64,000 nt of DNA from the human T2T-CHM13v2.0 reference genome, Homo sapiens (GCF_009914755.1 NC_060927.1), one strand, 5' to 3'; counted from the stretch's first letter, positions 1-18,776 are shown. Numbers and translations are program-made. Notes: generated by a model from the letters alone, not told the origin.

Positions 1-1141
1 TATTCTTTAAATGAAGGGGTTCATATAGAAGAGAGCCAGGCAGATTTAGGGTGCTCTGTTCTCTCTTCTGGTTTTTCTTGTCACTTTCATTTGTAAGTGC
101 TATAGTATCAGGTTACCCTGAGGGTACTTGAGTAATTCAAGAAACACATTAAGCATGTTCTGCTTGCTTTCCAGATGTGGCTATAAAAGGTGTCTTTCCT
201 CCAGGGACGTTGGGTGTGATGGGTGGGAAGGTTTCTAAGGCTGTAAGGGCTGTCTATGCCACCTTTCCCTAAAAACGTGTCCTTTTTCTGCTGAGCAGTG
301 TTATTTTTAGATGCCATTATTATTCTAAGTGTAGACTGACAGGCCTCCGTGCCTTGCCTGTCTCCAGACAGGGATTCGTTACAGCTGCTTCTCCTTCCTT
401 TCTCACCAAGACTAGCCTGGGTAGAACCCTTTCTCCTGGGAGAGTTAGTTTGACTCCAAATTCCAGCCTGACCAGAGAGAACAAGCGCATTCTATCCAGG
501 CCTCATGTCCCCATGAGTGATGAGAGGGCTGCTCACCATGGGGAAGCAGTGGTGAGCCAGTGGGTCCCTGCAGCTCCTCCCTCTTTGGTCAGCACGTTGG
601 CCAGGAGGACAGGAAAGACTTCCTGCAGGCCTTTGTCCAGAGCTCAGAGCAGGCCCCACACTCACCTCTTCCTTTAGAGGGCAGTCATTGAGGTATTCTT
701 ATGCCTTGGCATCCACTTTTCCGTGAGAATTCCTGCACCCGTGGTGGAAAGAGTGCTGGGCCCAGTCTTGGGCTGGGTGCTTCACCTTCCCCACAGACTT
801 TATTCTTCTCATCTGAGAGATGGAAATAATCATGCCCACCTCTTAGGGTGGTGAAGATTCTGATTTCACGCATGGGAAAGCTCATGGCGTCATCTGGGTA
901 CCTGGTAGGGGATTAGGAGATAATTGTTTCTATACCCTGCTGGATAGCTCAGTGACTTCCGAGAAAGACACACAAGGTGGCTGACAGGATCCTGTAAAGG
1001 CCACCTCTCCCAGATCCTGGTGATGTTTCTGGAGTGTGTATTCATGCATTTAATAACTACCCACTGAGCAACTCCCATGGGCCATGGCATAGTATCAACA
1101 CTGGGGACCACAGAATGAATGGACATACGGCTTGCCGTTGA

Positions 1142-1495
<354 letters not shown>

Positions 1496-2769
1496 TAACT
1501 TAACCTCGAATTCTCTGAGCCACAGAATCGTGGAGGGCCTTTCCACTTGTCCCTTCATTCAGTCATTGAGAAAATCGTTACTGACAGCCAGCTCTGCCAG
1601 GGTGGTGACAGGCACCGGGGATGTTAGTGTGAACACGACAGCTCCAGTGCCTGCTGTTGGGCTGAGCTGCCTCTGACCAGCACCACAGGCTCAGACACAT
1701 GGCTGATGTGGAGATGCACCTGCGTGACATTTAAAACCTGCTGGGTAGCATTTTGGCAGAAAGCACCATCTGTGCTTTCCAGATCCAGACTGTGAGAGCC
1801 ATTTCAGGGGCCAGTTTTTTCCCTCCCTTCTCTGCCCCCACCCCACAACCACTACTTCTCTCTGGTGTCAGGGGCTGTAAAGAATTAGCCAGGTCAGCGA
1901 GAAAGGTGGCCAGCCTCAGGCTGGCAGAAGCAGCTGATGCTGCCCCTTCTATGGCTCAACCCCCACCCTCCAGCTCACTGGCTCCCTGTTCCCTGCAGAG
2001 AAATCCATCCCCGAGAGGATTAGGAGCTGTGCCAAGATCCTCCCCCGACTCACCCACCCACCCATCATGGTCCATTTTAGAGTGAAAGCAAAGCCTTCAC
2101 TGAGAGGAGCCGTCTGACTGTTGTCTGCTCTCTGAACAGCTCCATTGGTGAGGTGATGAGGTCAGTCATGAGAAAAGGTGGGGCTAGGGACAGAGGCAAT
2201 GGTGGCTTCTCAAGAGAAATTTATTAGATTTCCCAAGCAGCATAGATTAGAGCATCTTAGAATGACTCAGACCTCGCTGTGCATCAGGCAGACTTTCTCA
2301 CCATGGCTCATGTCCGGTTCTCCTGGCCTGACAGGTGGTTCTGGGGCTTAGGTGAGAAGCAGTCAGTGGGTCCATACAGCACGAAGCCCACAGTCATCTT
2401 TGACAACTGATAAGAAGTGGTGATGATGATAATGTCAATTCTGTTTCCTTAGGTGTCGCCCGCAATTAAAAGAAATCTGTTTGCAGCACTACAGGAGCCC
2501 ACGCAAACCCTCAAAATAAAATGTTTCCGATTCTGTGCCGCTTCTGTGGTCCAGAAACAGACTGTGTTGTTACTGAATCCAGTCGCTTGCATATTGCTGT
2601 TAATTGCCTTTTGTTTTCGAAGAGCTGATTTGTTTTTGCATTTCTGTGGGTAGTTTTTTGGGGGAGGCACTCTCCCCCTCTGAGTTGTCAGGCTGGCAAA
2701 ATATGATGTCCCTAATGGATTCAGCCAAGTACAGTGTTTTCATGGGGGCTGCAGGGGCAGCTTTATTAA

Positions 2770-3024
<255 letters not shown>

Positions 3025-4734
3025 TGATTGTTTGGTGGTGAAAGACTGTGGAGCATGGAAAGACCATTGGCCTTGGAGTCACACCCTCCTGGGCCACACT
3101 CACTTGCCACAGGCCCTTAAGAGGTGCTGCCTCCTCTCCAAGCCTCTGTGGTTACTGAGCAAAGTGCTGTGCACTGCAGTGTATCTTCCCGTTTAATCCT
3201 CGCAACAGCCCTATGGTATAGCTACCATCATTATGATTCCCATTTTGCAGATGAGAAAACTGAAGGGTAAAGAGGTGAAGAAATTTGCCTGAAGTTTCAT
3301 AGCTAGGAAGTGGCAGGGAGGTAATGTGAGCCAGGGTACCATGAGGACAATAAGGGAGGATTGCCACACAGTGTGAGGCATGGTCTCACCTCTACTGAGA
3401 ATAGAAACTCAGCTTCTATTTCTGGCTCAGATAAACGGGTGACTTCTGCTCCTCAAGAATTCTGTTGGTAAAATGGGCTGCACACAGCGTACAACAGCAT
3501 CTGAAATAGGAGTTAAAGCAAGTATAGAACTTTCGCTGATGTTATTAATCATATTTTTTAAAGTTGACTTCCCTCTCTGTGTCAGGCCCTGGCTGAGCAC
3601 TTAACCTATGTAACCTTGAATCTTGCCAACAGCTGTGCAAGGACGAAGAGGCTAAATGTGCCATGCCAAGTCACAAATCTAGTCAGCAGCAGAGCCAGAA
3701 TTGGACCAGTACCTCTCTGACTGGGGAACCTGATTTTTCTGTGTTGCTGCCTATTTAGCCTTCTAATTGAAGTTGGGTGTTTGATGTTCCATAGCATCTG
3801 ATTTACGCTTCTATATGGTAACCGTTGCCTTCTCTGGACACATTGCAGAACAAATGTCTCCCTGTTGGAGCCCCTCAACCGAAAGCCCTCATTGAAGGTT
3901 AGCGCATTCTCTGCTGCTTCAGCATTTCCAGAGCACCCAGTTGCTGAAGTATCTGCATGTTTGGGCAAAACACATCAACCTATCCATCTGTCTGTGTCTG
4001 CCCTTCCAAGAATCCATCACCATAGTAACTTGGTACTCAGACAAGAGGTTGTAGATGAGAACGGAACAAAGGCCAGACCTTCTCCTTCTCTGAAGGCGGA
4101 GGATTAGGATCATTTGAGTGCTCTCATATGGCAAGTGTCATGGCTACAAGTGCTTCACTGGCAGCCACCAACATCTCAAGGGGCTGGCCACGTAGTAGGT
4201 ACTCAGAAAATATCTGTTAAACAGTATAGGAACGATTGAGAGTTTTTTTGCTTGTTTTCACAAATGGTTGTGATAACTGAGGCAGATCCTTCAAAGTGGT
4301 CATTGAAAAGCAGTCATTTGAAGACAAACTGAGGACTTGAGTTGGGCTTGGTTCTGGGACCTTGGGTGTGACACTTTACCTCCATTTTGCAAAGCCCATT
4401 TCATTGCTCATAAAAAGGGGGATAATTTTCCTTCTTCATAAGTCTGTGGTGAGGATCCAGTGAGGTGATTAGCAACAAAAGCATTTTACCTCCAAGTGCA
4501 GTAAAGTGGCAGGTCCTGTTTCTATCACCTTAGGAGTCACAAAACTTTGCCCTGGAATGAGCAGGGGGCAGAACCTCACTGAAGATGAGCAAGTTTCACT
4601 CTTAGACTTTGCCCTGGAATTTGGCCCCTCCAGTTTTTCCTTTCTGCATGCTTTTCAAAGTCAGTCGCCTTTTCCCAGCCAAAAAGGAATTTATCTCACT
4701 GTACTTTTTCCAGGATGTAGCCTTGGTTATTTAG

Positions 4735-5034
<300 letters not shown>

Positions 5035-5975
5035 TAAACATCAGCCAGACCACTGTTTTCCCAAGCCCCACTCTGACACCAAGATAAACATCAGAAGAGC
5101 TGGGACATTTTAATTAAAGCCCTGGGCTTGTTTATTGGGTGTATTGTCCATAAGCCTGCCTTGCAGTGGCGTAATCTGGTGTATCATCTTTTTCCAGTTT
5201 GCCCATCAGAATGGTATGAGGACCGTCCTGGGGTTATGGTTGGCAGGTCCAGCCCTGCATTGCTAATTCAGAGCATATCTCTCCCCTGCTACCTGGGAGC
5301 CCATAGCTGGACCTGGGTGAGCACTGGGTTTTAAATTTTTTTAATTAAATGAGAAGATGAACGAGAGATGGCTTTACAGTAACACACTCCAGATTCTTAC
5401 TCATCCCAGCCAGGAAAACAGTTTCAATATTGCTTTCTTTCACAAGACTTCCCATGATGTACTGAAGGAGTAGTGGAAGTGGAAGAGACAAGGAGATGTT
5501 CTTCTCCACTGGACAAGGCCACATGCAGGGGTGGGAAAAACACTGGCATGGAAGCTGCAGGTGACTTGTAGCAAGTCACAATCCTTCCTGAGCTCTGCAT
5601 GCCCATCTGTCCTGTGGGAGTCCCTTGTCCTGGTCCCTTTGGTTGCTGGGAGCCTCACAGAGTCATGCTTACAGTTTGAAAATTGTCAAGCCTAGGTGTA
5701 AGGTCGCATTTTTCTGTTTGGGCCAGTGCCTTATGCTTCTGATAGGAGCAGCAGAGGGAAGAGGCATAAGATGAGCATGAATACAGTTGGTGTCTGCCTG
5801 CCTTTGTCCCAGCAGGCTCTTCCGACACATCTTGGGTCTTGCTGCAGCTGTCGCTCCCCCAGGGGAATAATCTGGGAGGGTGCAGTGAGAGATCTGGAAA
5901 AAATATCCTCAAACTCCCTGGCCTTATGCCCTGTCCACCTAAGAATTCACCATCCTGGAGTGGCCCTACTCCTAA

Positions 5976-6350
<375 letters not shown>

Positions 6351-6996
6351 TGAACTGCTGAGGAATCTTGGTCTCCTCTGGGAAGAAAAAGTTTGAGTTT
6401 CTTTGATTGACTGTTTGTCTGCCATGCATCAAGCAGTGGGCTCCTGAATTGTGATCCAGAGCTGGAATGGGCCTTGCTAGTTCCTCAGTGCAGGCTTTGA
6501 TGACTCAGGGAAACTCTGCATTAACCAGCAAGAGGGGTGGGAGTTCCATGAGGCCCTCTCCTTCAGTAGGGCGAAGGCCCAGATTAACCAAAGGCTCGAG
6601 ATCCCTCCCTGGCCCTGTCAGTGATTTGTGTGTTCTTCAGCAATTCACTTTCCCTCTCTGTCCCTCAGTTTCCTTCTCTGTGAAACTAGAGTGTTGGCTT
6701 GGTCTCCAGAAACCCAAGTAGTTCTTTTTAGTCACTCCCTGATTCCTTTGAGAAAGCCATTTTAAATCTCTCTGGTGGCAATGGGGAACAGGTGATGGGT
6801 TGTCAACAGCCTCTTCATCCACTGTATCTCCTCAATCACCCAACAGATGTTGAGCACTTAGTACCTAGTAGGCAATGTACTGAGGGCTTCATTGTATCAA
6901 GTCATTTCCTCCTTTCAACCACACTTTGAGGGAAGGACTGTCACCCCCATGTTACAGATGAGAATGAAGCCCTAGACAGAGAGGTCTCAGAGGTTA

Positions 6997-8190
6997 TTAG
7001 GTTGGTGCAAAAGTAATTGCGGTTTCAGACTGAATTTTAAATCATTATAACTAGGCTCAAACACATCTTTATTAATTAAAATAGGAACCATTATGATCAA
7101 CACATTTTTGCCAATGAGAAATAAGTCTGTTTATTTCTGTAGCATAAAAATCCATACTTTGGGATTTGACGAACTCTTGGAAAGCATTTTCTGCATCCTG
7201 CTGGTTGTGGAAGCATTTTCCCTGCAAAAAGTTGTTGAGATGGTTGAAGAAGTGGTAGTTGGTTAGCAAGAGGTCAGGTGAATATTGCGGATGAGGCAAA
7301 ATTTTGAAGTATTGGTTGTGTGATGTGCAGTCAGGTGGGTGGAGAAGAATTGGGCCCTTTCTGTGAACCAGTGCCAGCTGCAGGTGTTGCAGTTTTCGGT
7401 GCATCTCCTCGATTTGCTGAGCATACTTCTCAAATGTAATCATTTCACCAGGATCAGACAACTGTAGTGGATCAGACCAGCAGCAGACCACCAAACAGTG
7501 ATCATGACCTTTTTTTGGTGCAAGTTTGGCTTTGGGAACTGCTTTGGAGCTTTTTCTCAGTCCAGCCGTGGAGCTGGTCATCACGGTTGTCATGTAAAGT
7601 CCACTTTTTGTCACACCTCACATCTGATTGAGAAATGTTTTGTTGTTGTTGCATAGAATAAGAAAAGACAACACTTCAAAACGACTATATTTTCATTTTC
7701 TATCAGCTCATGAGGCACCCACTTATCAAGCTTTTTCACCTTCCCAATTTGCTTCAAATGCCAAACAACCGTAGAATGGTTGACATTGAGTTCTTCGGCA
7801 ACTTCTGTAGTTGTGAGAGGATCAGCTTCGATGATTGCTCTCGGTTGTTGTCAACTTCCAGTGGCCGGCCACTATGCTCCTCATCTTCAAGCCTCTCATC
7901 TCCTTTGCAAAACTTCTTGAACCACCACTGCACTGTATGTTTGTTAGCAGTTCCTGGGCCAAATGCGTTGTCGATGTTACGAGTTGTCTCTGTTGCTTTA
8001 TGACCCATTTTGAACTCAAATAAGAAAACTGCTTGAATTTGTTTTTTGTCTAACATCATTTGCATAGTCTAAAATAAACAGTAAGTAATAACTCATTAGC
8101 AAAAAAACATAAAGCGAGAAATGCCCGTTGAAATGATGTATAACATAACCACATTTAAGAATGTATTCTACTATCAAACAGCAAATTCCA
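6997..8190 (-). mobile_element. Hsmar1 mariner DNA transposon, decayed transposase, one ITR missing
   Basis: TA + TTAGGTTGGTGCAAAAGTAATTGCGGTT ITR at 6997; frameshifted transposase pieces MMLDKKQI...FEFKMG...TVQWWFKKFCKG (8065 down) and YSPDL...WQKCVD (to 7072). Confidence 0.93.
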
Positions 8191-8552
8191 GAGCCAATAT
8201 GTGAGTCTCAGTAGTCTGGCACTGGAGCCTGTGTTCCTAGCCTTTCCCTCCCTGTCTCCTTTTAGAGAAAGCAGGCTAGTATGTTGGTTTAGTGGGTAAA
8301 CTCGAGAGTCCTCACACACAAATGACACTGTGTTACTTATCTTCTCTGGCCTTCAGCTTCTTTCTCTATAAAATAGGGATAACAGCACTATGTACTTGAT
8401 GGGATTGTTTTGAGGATTAGACGAGTTAATATTGGAAGAGTACCTAGCACAGAGTGACCCTAGGTGGCAGCTATCCTTACTGCTGCTCCAGGCAAGGCTT
8501 CACGCCAGCTTTCCCTGACCTGCTCCCTCCAGCTGGGCATCTAGCATTTCTC

Positions 8553-8703
8553 TTTTTTCAGAGATGAGGTCTCTGTCGCCCAAGGTGGAGTGCAGTGTCA
8601 TGATCATAGCTCATGGCAGCCTCAAACTGCTGGACTCAAGTGATCCTCCTGCCTGAGCCTCCCAGAGCACTGGGATTACAGGCATGAGCCACCACGCCCA
8701 GCC
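8553..8703 (-). mobile_element. Alu monomer (FRAM/FAM-like)
   Basis: antisense Alu motifs tgggattacaggcatgagccaccacgcccagcc. Confidence 0.8.
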
Positions 8704-10753
8704 TTCCCGCCGTTCTTTGACCTCTCAAATGCCCTGCCTTCCACCTTGGGCATTTCTTTCCCTCTAATCTGTGCTGACTTCTCAGCACATTTTTTGCCTC
8801 TTGGGAAAGTCTGGCAAGAAGGACTCCTGACAGGCTCTGTGCATGCCGTCAGTCTAGTGTTACATCTCTTCCCACAGCAGGGTCAGTGGTCTCAAGGGAC
8901 CTCATCTTCCCTTACAGTCTTTGGCTTTCCTGAAACGAGACCCCCTCAGGGTCCCTCATCTTTATCAGGTGCTCACCTGGAGAGAAACCACCACAAAAGG
9001 AGCCCAGACTCAACTTAGGCTGGAAGTCAGGGCCCAGCTCAGCCTCACTTTGCCCAAGCCACTCCAGAGCCTGGCTCTCAGCTCCTTCCCTCAGACTTTT
9101 CTCTCGCTGCTCCCTGTCCTCTTCCTCACCTGGGGCATGGGGCTGAGGGCTCCTGTCTCTAACAGCTGAGCTCTGCTCCAGGACCTACATGGGACTAGGA
9201 GCTAAGGGGCCTCAGACCAGCTGGGGCCCTGGCTCTTATCCCAGCTGAATCTTATTAATTGGGCCATTCCTTCATTCAATAAATGCCTACTACGTGACAG
9301 ACCCTGTGATGAGACCTGGTGACACGGTGGTGAACAAAACGTTGTCCCTGCAGTCAGTCCCAGTCTAGCAAACAGGACAATCCCTCAGGGGAAACGTTTA
9401 GAGGCCTGTGAAGAGACTTCCTGGAGGAGGTGTCCTCTCAGCCAGAAGGAGGGAGAGAATAAAAATGGGGCAAGTGAAGTGGAGGAGGATTAGGAAGGGT
9501 GTTTGTGGCAAAGGTCACAGCCTGTGCAAAGGCCTGGAGGTGAGTGGTAGTTTGTGGTTCAGCATCCAGGGCCCAGCAGAGCAGCACTGATTCAGGGCAA
9601 GACTGGAAAGGGAAGTTCAGGTCCTTCCTGGATACATGGCATCTTTCCCAGAGGAAAGGACTCCCCTGCTACCTATTCTCTCTGGGACGTTACTTAGCTT
9701 CCCTACCTAGTGCAGTAGAACCACAGGCAGAGTTCATCTTGTTCTTACCCTGGAAAGGATGTGGTCTCAGGTTTTCTTGGGTTCTTGGAGCTAACAAAAG
9801 GTATAGAAATTTACGTGTGAACTAAATAGAAAATGCTAAGCTCTGAACTGAAGAAGTGTAGAGCAAAGTGAGTCCTCAGGAGTTCAGACCAATTAGGGGT
9901 TAAGCTTTGGTGGCTCAGTGATGAGTAGGGCCTCACAAGACCCTTCTTAAGTGCTCACAAGAAAGAGGAGTTACTGGCCTGCTGTAATCCTCACCATCTA
10001 AAGCTTTATTAGAAATGGGCAATCTCAGTTTATATACAGTGTGCCAGATGCCTTCAAAATAAGGTATTCTTAACCTTTTGTAGACCCTCACACAGAAAAT
10101 TCCTTATTTGTCTGCTGAGCTTCTGGCAGCCTCTAGGTACGAAGACCAATCACTAATCTGTGCTAACTGCCTCCTGTTAGTGCCTATGCCAGGAGCCAGG
10201 GAAATGGGTCAGCAGTTGAGGAACTCCGCATGTGTGCTCGTTTGGTGGCACATCAGTCAAGCTGCTGTTGGAAAGCACAGAAGAGGCATGTGGGTTCATG
10301 CTGGAGAGGGCTAAATGCCTCTGTTGAAAGACAGGCTTATATGAATCAGTGGTTATGTCCTAAGCTGCATAGAAGGTCTTCTCTTTTAGAGCTAATTGGA
10401 GACAACTTGAGTAGTTCAGAGAAATGGAATAATTACCAACTCCAGAGGCAGTACAGCTTGGAAGAAAGACATTCTTGGGCTTTGGAATCAGACCTGGGTT
10501 TGAACAGCAGCTCAGCTCTGTTCTAGTTGGTGACTTGGGCAAATCATCTATCTAGGTGTCGGTTTCCTCATCAGTACTGTGAGGATAAAAATGCATACCA
10601 CAAGGTTATTATGTTAAAGACCAGATGAGACAGTGGCTATATGGCGCTCAGCACACAGTAGGAGTAGGTGCTCAATAATCAGAGCCGCTCTTGTTGATGT
10701 CACTCAGAATTATTGGTGTCTGCCTTTTGGCCTGGCCCAGCAGCAGCTCTTGA

Positions 10754-13121
<2,368 letters not shown>

Positions 13122-13970
13122 TGAAGAGAGACAGCTGCAGCTCCCTCTAGGCTCTGTGCCCCCTGCTCAAGCCTGGCCATGCCAGCTCCCCTGTGCTTCC
13201 CTGTCCACCTCCTGTTCTCCCCGCAGTCCACCTGGCGCCCGCTCACAGCCCCCGGCCCCGGCCTCAGCCCTCAGCCTGGCCTCCCTTGCTCCTTGCCCTC
13301 CCCTAGGCAAGCCCCACACCTCTGTGCCCAGGTGGCTCTGCCTTTACCCCAGGCCTGGCCCCAGAGCTGACTCTTACTCTAGAAACCTCTGCCCTTTCTG
13401 GAACCAGGCTGTAGTTCTCCAGCAAATCTACCCCACACTCCCAACCCACATTCCTTCAACCCAGCCAGCTTCCTTCTTTCACACATCCTCCCTCAAGCTC
13501 AGAGCAAGGACTTGGTTCAGACAGACCTGGGTTCACATCCCGGCTCCACCCTCTCCTAGCTCTGTCTCCATCTTTCTGCACCTTGGGTTCCCCCTTTCCC
13601 ACAGGTAGTTGTGAGGCTAAATGAGCCAGTATAGTCCACGTGCTCCGCACGGTGCCCGGAGCATGGTAAATGGCTGGCTAATGGTGGCAGCGGCCACTGT
13701 CATTCCTGCCAGGGGAAAAGTGCCGTTGAGCGCTGCCTGTGCAGGTGTCTTGGGCACGGGGACCCAAGTGACAGGGCTTGGGTATTTCGGCAGGCCTTTA
13801 TCCTGCTTCCCCATGGCATGGAGCTCCTGGGCCCGGCGCCCCTTCCCTGCCTGCCCACCCGGGTGGCCTTTCCTCTTGGCAGCCAGGCCCCAGGGGCCCG
13901 AAGCCAGAGTCCAGGGGGAGGAGGACACGTGCCTGCCCCGGCCCCTCGGGAGTCCGTGGCTGTTTTGTAG

Positions 13971-14186
<216 letters not shown>

Positions 14187-14460
14187 TGAATGTCCCTGTT
14201 TATGAAATGAGGACACTCTGACGCCCACCTACCTGACACAAGGAGTCACTGTCGGTGTTCCCAGAGATAGGACCCACTGCTGCCCAAAGCTGAAGCACCC
14301 ACTCTGGGAACCTGGCGCAGGGCTTTACATAACCAAATGCCCCAGAAAGAGAGTCCGATGGCTTTGCATTCAGACCAGGAGGCTGAGATAGGTTATCAAG
14401 GCCCAGCTCCTTTGATGTTGACAGAGGATCAGAAGCCCCTTCCCAGGAGCTGAGCAGAGG

Positions 14461-15713
14461 CCACACACACACACAGACACACACGCACACACAGACTGCC
14501 CCTGCACACACACACATACAGAAACTGCCCCTGCACACACACACACAGACTGTCCCTGAACACACACACAGACTGCTCCTGCACACACACACAGACTGCC
14601 CCTGCACACACAGAGACTGCCCCTGCACACACACACAGAGACCGCCCCTGCACACACACACACAGAAACCGCCCCTGCACACACACGGAGACTGCCTCTG
14701 CACACACAGACTGCCCCTGCGTGCACACACAGACTGCCCCTACACACACACAGATTGCTCCTGCACACACACACACACACACACAGAGACTGCCCCTGCA
14801 CACACACAGAGACTGCCCCTGCACACACACACAGAGACTGCCCCTGCACACACACACAGAGACTGCTCCTGCACACACATACAGAGACTGCCCCTGCACA
14901 CACACACAGACTGCCCCTGCCCACACACACAGAGACCGCCCCTGCACACACACATGGAGACTGCCCCTGCACACACACATGGAGACTGCCCCTGCGTGCA
15001 CACACAGAGACTGCCCCTGCACACACACACACACACACAGAGACTGCCCCTGCACACACACAGAGACTGCCCCTGCACACACACACACACACGGAGACTG
15101 CCCCTACACACACACACAGAAACTGCCCCTGCACACACACAGATTGCTCCTGCACACACACACACACACACACAGAGACTGCCCCTGCACACACACACAC
15201 AGACTGCCCCTGCACACAGACACACAGAGACCGCTCCTGCACACACACACAGACTGCCCCTGCACACACACACAGAGACTGCCCCTGCACACACACACAC
15301 ACACAGACTGCCCCTGCACACACACAGACCGCTCCTGCACACAGACACACAGAGACCGCTCCTGCACACACACGGAGACTGCCCCTGCACACACACAGAG
15401 ACTGCCCCTACACACACACACACAGACTGCCCCTGCACACACACACACACAGAAACTGCCCCTGCACACACACAGATTGCTCCTGCACACACACACACAC
15501 ACACACAGAGACTGCCCCTGCACACACACACAGAGACTGCCCCTGCACACAGACACACAGAGACCGCTCCTGCACACACACATGGAGACTGCCCCTGCAC
15601 ACACACGGAGACTGCCTCTGCACACACACAGAGACTGCCCCTACACACACACACAGACTGCCCCTGCACACACACACACACAGAAACTGCCCCTGCACAC
15701 ACACACATTGCTC

Positions 15714-15749
<36 letters not shown>

Positions 15750-15781
15750 TGCTCCTGCACACACATACAGAGACTGCCCCT
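14461..15781 (+). repeat. Compound VNTR, unit ~GAGACTGCCCCTG(CA)n, roughly 50-55 copies
   Basis: directly visible tandem array with variable CA run lengths. Confidence 0.97.
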
Positions 15782-15822
15782 GCTGCCTCTTCTTGCTTTT
15801 GGTGAAGCTGCCAGTGGGTTGA

Positions 15823-17703
<1,881 letters not shown>

Positions 17704-18009
17704 TAGCGCAGTGGTGGAGGAGGATTGGCCAGAACTTCCAGATGTGGTGGCACGAAGGAGGGGCAGGACCCCTTCCTGTGGGGTGTGGGAGCCATGGCTG
17801 CCCCCGAGGGACCATGGCCAAGGGCGCAGGTCTGTGGACAGGGAGGCAGCTTCAGCTCTGGTGGGAGGAGCTTGCCACTGTTAGGGTCACCTGGGTTTAG
17901 GAAGCAGGTCCTCTCTCACCACTGCCAAAGATTCCAGGATCATAATCCACACAGATGTCTCACTGTGGCTGAGTGAGGACACTGTGCCTCCTTCCCGCCC
18001 ACCCTGCAG

Positions 18010-18174
18010 CAAGGTGGCTCAGAGTTCGTGCCAGTGGTGGTGAGCCGGCTGGTGCTGCGCTCCATGAGCCGCCGGGATGTCCTCATCAAGCGATGGCCCC
18101 CACCCCTGAGGTGGCAATACTTCCGCTCACTGCTGCCTGACGCCTCCATTACCATGTGCCCCTCCTGCTTCCAG
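18010..18174 (+). CDS. IFT122: IFT122 coding exon ([11 protein letters not shown]...TMCPSCFQ)
   Basis: ctgcag| acceptor, CAG|gtaggt donor. Confidence 0.95.
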
Positions 18175-18617
18175 GTAGGTGGCCACCCTGGTAGCTCACA
18201 TGTGCTTCTCTTGGCCACTTTTCCCTTGCCCAAATGTCCCTCTGGGAGGCGTGGCCCCTGGGAGGAGGGGCACATCCATGGCTCCAAGTTGGGACAGAGG
18301 CTTGTCTGTCCTCTCCCCTGCTTGCATTCCATGTGCATCTAAAGTGGACTTCACTGGCCCCTGCGCTGTCCACATCCTCCCCAAATCCTGGGGGCCCAGC
18401 AAGCGTGATGTGCCCTTGACCTTCACTCAGAAAACAAGAAACCCCACAGCCCCCTCCCATCTCCCCTTCCAGCCCTCAAACAAAGGTGCTGCAGGTCTGT
18501 GTCCAGCCCTGACCACTGCCAAGCCCCCTCCCCTTGAGAGGCAGTGCGTCCTGGCCCCAGGCGTAGGGCTGATGAGCACTAGGGCTTCAGCCTGGTCTTA
18601 CAGCTGTCTTCCCTTAG

Positions 18618-18707
18618 ATGTTCCATTCTGAGGACTATGAGTTGCTGGTGCTTCAGCATGGCTGCTGCCCCTACTGCCGCAGGTGCAAGGATGACCCTGG
18701 CCCATGA
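18618..18707 (+). CDS. IFT122: IFT122 last coding exon (MFHSEDYELLVLQHGCCPYCRRCKDDPGP*)
   Basis: cccttag| acceptor, TGA at 18705-18707. Confidence 0.95.
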   Translation: MFHSEDYELLVLQHGCCPYCRRCKDDPGP

Positions 18708-18770
18708 CCAGCATCCTGGGGACGGCCTGCACCCTCTGCCCGCCTTGGGGTCTGCTGGGCTGTGAAGGAG

Positions 18771-18776
18771 AATAAA
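18771..18776 (+). terminator. IFT122: IFT122 polyadenylation signal AATAAA
   Basis: about 64 nt after stop, followed by GT/T-rich tgtgtttc...tttgtgttttgt. Confidence 0.8.

Noticed and set aside
7072-8065. Functional mariner transposase
   Set aside because: Split by frameshifts and deletions, third catalytic Asp changed, one ITR absent.
14461-15781. Repeat-spacer appearance resembling a CRISPR array
   Set aside because: The spacers are just (CA)n runs, the context is a eukaryotic intron, and there are no cas genes.
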